In this document: one piece after another, positions 58,433 to 64,000 of the stretch | Layout: each line of letters starts with the position of its first letter | How positions within the stretch are numbered: position 1 is the first letter of the stretch | Assembly (NCBI GenBank): GCA_964106915.2 | Contig: OZ066926.1 | Strand: one strand, 5' to 3' | Source: Podarcis gaigeae | Taxonomy: Eukaryota | DNA: 64,000 bases | Program-made: the position numbers and the translations under genes | The notes under the pieces: generated by a model | Told to the model about the DNA's origin: nothing | What the model saw: only the letters and a program-made list of their open reading frames with translations | The model's database searches: none

Positions 58433-61400
58433 AGATGTGGCTGCACTTAACCTTTCTCTGGGAAAATTGGTGAACGGCTGCTCTAGAATGCTGTTGGTTT
58501 GCTTCCTCAGCAACTGAGGGCAGAAGTGTGAGCACCTTAGCATGGACTTCTTCTCCACTGTGTTTCCCTCAGCTTCCCTCACCCCACCCTCACAATTTTT
58601 TTACGCCAGCATTTTTTATCATTCTTATTTTTTTATGCACATAGTTTGTGTTTTGTAGGTTGTTGTCTCTTGTGCTTGCTTCTAATTACTTTGATTCCCC
58701 CTAACCTAAGTAATTTCCCCCCTTGTAATGTTATGCTATGGCACTTTTCACATTCAGTGTAAGATTCTGCTGCCTTCTAATGTGTAGATTCTCTAGTTCC
58801 TGATTATCATTAATGTTGAAGCTGGCTGAAAGTAAAATAGGTTAGATGAGTACATTTGCAGAAGAGCACCAGTTGGTGTTGAAGTAGTTAAGCAGTCCTC
58901 GTTCCCTCATGTTGATTCTCCCCTGTGAGTGCCCCTACCCTAATATTCTTTGTTACATCAGTAAACATCGTGCTGGGAACAAATATTTACTAGTATAAAG
59001 TCTTATTTGGGCTTGAAACATCAACATGGAAACTGGCACACATGCTCAGATAACAGCCTGCATTTAAGCGATGAATCCGAACTTGATTCCTGCCCCCATG
59101 TTTCAGGGGAACAGGAAGTATGCAAAAGAGAATACAATATAGTATCTGCCATGAGGACTGATATATTGGCATGGAAGTTTATATGCTTGCCCAAGATAAC
59201 ATTTTAGAATTTTATTGCAGCTTAAAAACTGAGAAATTTATCATGGTATAAGTATCTGTGGTCTAGAGTCCACTTCATCAAATACATGTATTGTCATATT
59301 TAGTTGGTAGGTACATACATGTGGGTGTAGAGTGAGAAAATAGTAAACAGTATGGTCAGATGATTAAATGCAGAAAGTAAAAATTGTGACAATTCTATTA
59401 ATTGACCATTCACAGCAGTAGTAATTAAGGGCAGGAATGGTGTGCAATACAATACTGTACCTCTTTACAGACTGAGAGGTCATAGAGAAACAAGGTATAT
59501 AATTTACAACATGATTCTCTGTTTGAAGTTCAAATGGTATCAGTCTCTGAATGACTGATACCATTGTTAATGATATATAGGTTCTGGACAAGTTTGTCAA
59601 GCTGAGTTTGATTTCCATATGCAAGACCTCTCAACACTGCTTTATTAGTGATAATAATGATGTATCTAAAAAAGGCAACAAATAAATTCCTCCTTAAGTT
59701 TCTAGTGCTTAGTCGTTCAGATAATACTCCTTAGGTTTAGCTACTTACTGCAGCTTCTTCAAAAGAATTATTACCATCCTATTCCATGGTTACTTATCCC
59801 CTGTAATTGGATTTAGGGATGGGAAAACTGCAGGAGGTTTCCCTAGTAAGACAACCCTAAGTATTTAATTGTGTTTCCTCCCATTTTGATTAATCATTAA
59901 ATAAAAAAATCAAGAATGATCTGGAAACAGAACAAGAATCACAGAGACATATTGAGAAAAGTCAAATAATATTCTTTATAACAATGCAATTTTTTAAAAT
60001 TTGTACCAACATTAACTACATGTCTCTAATTTTGCATGAGAATATGTAAAATCAGGTAGCAGAAATTCTGTAAACAGGCAGTTTAAAAACACACTATTGC
60101 TGCTAAGAAACACTTTACAAGGGACTACACTGCATGTGTGTCTTCTAAATCTGAGTAAGTGCAGTAAAGCAGCAACTTCTGGCCTGGAAGGTCTGGTAAT
60201 ATGGAGTGACGCCTCAAAGAGAGGTCCCTCCAAACCCTTTTGTTCCCCTGAGCTTGAGAAGGGGATCAATGCCAGATAGCATGACACAAACTGAGATTTC
60301 ACTATTCTACTTCAAGTATCCATGTTAAATATGAATTTGAGGCAGATGCCTGTGGCTTTAGTGCTTATCCTGCAAATGCACATGCAGGAACAGAGGCTGG
60401 CAACTATTATGTACATGCTTACCTGTGTGTAAGGCCCATTGCACTTACTTTTGACTATAGGATTGAGCTGCATGGCAATAATCTGGTGTGCATTCTGCCA
60501 TTTCATATGCTGTAGATGGGGTGGTCAATCTACAGGTTTACAGGTGCTGTAAACACCTTTTTAAAAAAACTTTTAAATAGCGTGGGTAGATTCAAGCTTT
60601 TTGGGTTGTTTAAAAACCGAAGCACTGCTTCCCTTCTCCATAAGCTCCGATAAACAGCTATCCAACCAAGTAGTCTCCAACAACTAAGTATATCTTCACT
60701 ACTTGTGATAGATTAATGAAATATTAATAATTTGGATCCAAGGAAAGGAGGCTCCTTGAGAAATTGCACCAGTACTTCAACAACTTTCACCCATCATCAA
60801 ATGGAGACCAGACCAGTCCACACAGTAGGCTGACTTTCTGGACACCACTGTCACTTAGTGCAGCACAAGCCAAACAGAAGAAGTAAGGCGTCCTTTAGGG
60901 CAAAGATAGGGAATCTCAGGCTATTGGCCAAAAGTGGCTCTCTGGGCCTCTCTGTGTGGCCCTTGGGACTCTCCCCAAGTTACAGCTCTCACTGGCCCTG
61001 CTTTACACCCTCCTTGAGTGTTGTTACTCATAGTTGGCCCACCCATAAGGCAGAGGGCCACCTCAGGCAGTAGAAGTGCAAGAGGCAACATCCCACCCGC
61101 CTGCCGCACCACTTCTACTGCCAGAACTCCCCCCACTTGGCAGGTTTCAGCAAGGGGGGAAGGTGATCCAGTGGCACGGGTTGGCACATTCATGTTTCTC
61201 CTCAGGTGGTGAGATGGGATGGGCCTTCCTTGTTGTTACCTGACTGGAATGTGTCCTTGAACTGTGATGTTGCCTCTTGGTTGCCTGGATGAAGGAGAGA
61301 GGAGGGGGGGGTGTTTGTGTAGAAACTAGTCTACCCTACAAAGGTAAAATTCACATTAGTTGTTCTGTGCACCCTTGCTTCTGACCATGTTTGTATCCCC

Positions 61401-62599
61401 TTTGGCCTGGCCCACAGTATAGGAAGCAAAGCAAAGCCTCCGTCAACAAGTAACAGCATAAAGGAGGAGGGGTGCTCAGGTAGCAATCCTTGATGCAAGA
61501 ATAGTACATGTGTTCCTATTTTAATTTGTGTAATGTTGAAAGGTATGATAGATACTAAATTCTGAACGATTAATAAAAAGTAAAGTCTGTGACATTGGCA
61601 TTCCCAGGAATTCTTGCCCTTGCTGCTTTGTTCCCTCTAGTCCTTAATTTTGCTGCCAATCCCTGCTCCAAAATGCATTTCCCTTTAAAAAAGCAACAAC
61701 CCCAATACACCAGGATAATAACATTGGACTACCATTCAGGATTGTTGTATACTTTCTCCTCTCTCAGCAACTTTCTCCTCTCCCAGCAAGAGGCATATAA
61801 CAACAGTTGCAGTTGGTTACTTTGCAGAACTGGCGTAACTCACTCTCCCAGCCACAGCCCTGCCCTCTGCAGTATGGGCATAATAATGATGAATTGTCTC
61901 TATGTATGTATTTACAGAGTGTTTTTTAAAAGATTACAAACTGGGGAGGGGGGAAATCTAATTAAGATCCACATTAGAAATATATTGTCTTTGCTATTGC
62001 CTTTTGTTTTGGGTTGGCACACTACTACCCAGTCACAGTGATACTAAAATTCTGGATAAATGAGTTGTTTTTTATGGGGAAATCACTTCTCCACAGGGAA
62101 GAACAGTAGAAAATGCTTAAAAGGAAACGAAGATTTTTTTCCCCTCTAGAGTCTTCTAGGCAGTTGGTCTTCTAGCCTGCTCTTTGTTTAGCTGGCAAGA
62201 TTTGCTTTCCCAAATGTCAGTCATTACTATGACCTCATTTATTGGCTAAAAATGCAGACAGATGGGAGAGGCTAGTTCCTCACAAATCAAAAATGCTTCA
62301 TATTCCTGATTCTACAAGTGCTGGGATCTTTCATTTTTAAAAAGTAAGATTGGGAATCTGGGGATTATGGCTAATGAGGGAGCAATGCGCCCCCTTGCGG
62401 ACCCCCATGGTATATACCTAAGTGTAAACATGCGTGTTCTGGGAGCAGGGATGTTAAAAAACGCTTTCCAGTATGACTTCAGAGTGGGTCACCACACTCT
62501 TAATTATAGCACTATAACAAACCCTGCTTTGTCTGTAATCCTGCTGCGCTGACCTTGTGTCCCATGCGCTATAAAGAACGGTAACTATTATTATTTGAT

Positions 62600-63290
62600 A
62601 AATAGCGCTGACGCCGGCGCGGCTCCAAAAGGAGGATTTTTTGTGTGTTTTTTGTTTAAACCCGGCTTTTCCAAAGAAGACAAAGAACACATTGGGAGTC
62701 GGTGTAAAGCCTCCACGCATGCGCTTACGGTCGTAGGGAGGTGTCTGAAAGATGAGACGGGCGGGCATTGTGCGCGTGCGTGGGAGAGCCATCTCGGGCA
62801 GCCTTTCATTGTGGGAGCAACCTAATTTCTCGAGGAGCTGGGAGGGCCCTTGCGAGCGCGCATATACGAGTTCTTCTTGGGAAGGTTCCGGAGCTTGTGC
62901 GCGCTCCCGTCGCTAGATAGGCGCGTTCTCTTTCTGTCTGTCTCTCCCTCTTTCCTGTCACTCCCCCTCCTCCCGGCTTTGGTGAGCGAGACTTTCCAGA
63001 GAGCTCTCCCTGCAGCAGCATTAGCAGCCGCAGCGCCAGGTAGGGTTTCCCAGCATGGTGCGATCTGCTCTTAGAAGAGCAGCTGCACCGAGGGCCTTCA
63101 GACTTTGCAAACCTTTGGGTGGTGGGGATGGACGGGCGGGGGTGCGTTAGGCGTACAGGTGCGTGCGGTTACGCAGTGAATGCGCTTGCAGTGGCTGGAG
63201 GGAGAGGCGCCGCGCCGTGCAATATAGCTTTGGATCCGATGGCTTCAGTACGCGGCGTAATTCCGTTTGCGTATGATGTCGGTAGATCTC
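62600..63290 (+). promoter_or_regulatory. CpG-island promoter and probable non-coding first exon (donor at 63039|63040) of the next gene, possibly GRN by mammalian synteny
   Basis: CpG-dense; NRF1-like ACGCATGCGC 62715-62724 and TGCGCGTGCG 62771-62780; donors CAG|GTAGGG (63040) and TTG|GTGAGC (62982); no coding exon in the window to confirm identity. Confidence 0.55.
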
Positions 63291-64000
63291 TTAATGCTCT
63301 CTTCACAGTTATACAACTCTCCTAATTTTCAGCAATCTGAACAGCATACATCTCTTCTCCTTTAACCACACCCCTGCCTCTGAAAAGAGGAGCCCTATTG
63401 CAAAGAAATACGCACTCGCCACCTGCCAGCGCGTGTGGCAGTACAAATACGTTATTTTCCTCCCTGGTCTATTGTAGCTTTATTAGGGCTCCTTTCTATC
63501 ATCATTCAGTGGAGAGGCTTGTAATCGTAATGCAAAATGGGGCAGTAGGGGTGTGTCTCTTAGGATCTCAAGGGTAGGCTTAATTGTATGTATCTCTTTA
63601 TAAATATTTTGTAACAACGACATCTACTTTTATTCTTTTTTTAAAAAAAACACATTGTATAGTAATAAGTTGCTTGGAATGCAGTTTTTGCTTGTTTTTG
63701 GCAATTTGAGGCATACTTTCTTTTTTTTCTTTTTTAAAAACACCCATATGTAACATTTTATTTTATCATTTAACAAATGATCTGCTAACTTCATTTGGAA
63801 TTTTAGGTGAATTTTAAGGAACCCCTTTTTTGACCCTGTTAACTGTCATTTCCCCCCATCTCTTGTCTCTGATAGGTTTGGTTTCCTGCTTGGGAGACTG
63901 GTTTTGATTGTGAGGGTGATGGCGAATGATAGGCTGTTGGTGCTGCAGTAGGTGTGGATCTTGGAGAGAGAAAAAGGGTGGGCTCTCCTTCATATCAGTG

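Noticed and set aside
58965-59207. ~80-codon open frame that could be a further exon of the 49-56 kb candidate gene (acceptor tttactag|58994, phase 2)
   Set aside because: Weak acceptor, no recognisable similarity or transmembrane segment; cannot be supported without transcript data.
49100-62500. DBF4B or GRN coding exons expected from paralogous or mammalian synteny
   Set aside because: No BRCT-like GKxFYLDL motif or granulin double-Cys repeats recognised in this interval.

Overview
Vertebrate genomic DNA, almost certainly a squamate lizard (lacertid-like repeat set: Sauria SINEs with ACCTTT tails, other tRNA-derived SINEs, Tigger- and hAT-type MITEs). Two complete protein-coding genes can be reconstructed with GT-AG introns and consistent phases. 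RUNDC3A is on the + strand (11 coding exons, 4055-23785, 444 aa). SLC25A39, the mitochondrial glutathione carrier, is on the - strand (11 coding exons, 40149-27958, 356 aa, probable non-coding exon 1 in a CpG island near 48.5-48.8 kb). The two genes are tail-to-tail. A third CpG-island promoter and probable non-coding first exon lie near 62.6-63.3 kb (GRN by mammalian synteny; no coding sequence visible). The most notable observation is a chain of phase-compatible open exons on the + strand (49.4, 51.2, 54.8, 55.2, 55.7 kb) running divergently from the SLC25A39 promoter. It would encode a ~160-aa, possibly secreted protein that by eye resembles the IL34/KITLG/FLT3LG/CSF1 cytokine family; this is unverified and could be a pseudogene or chance. 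SLC25A39 also shows unusual 5' splice/uORF architecture and alternative-splicing options in its Fe-S/degron loop. There is one assembly gap (2532-2668). All homology calls come from remembered sequences, not searches.
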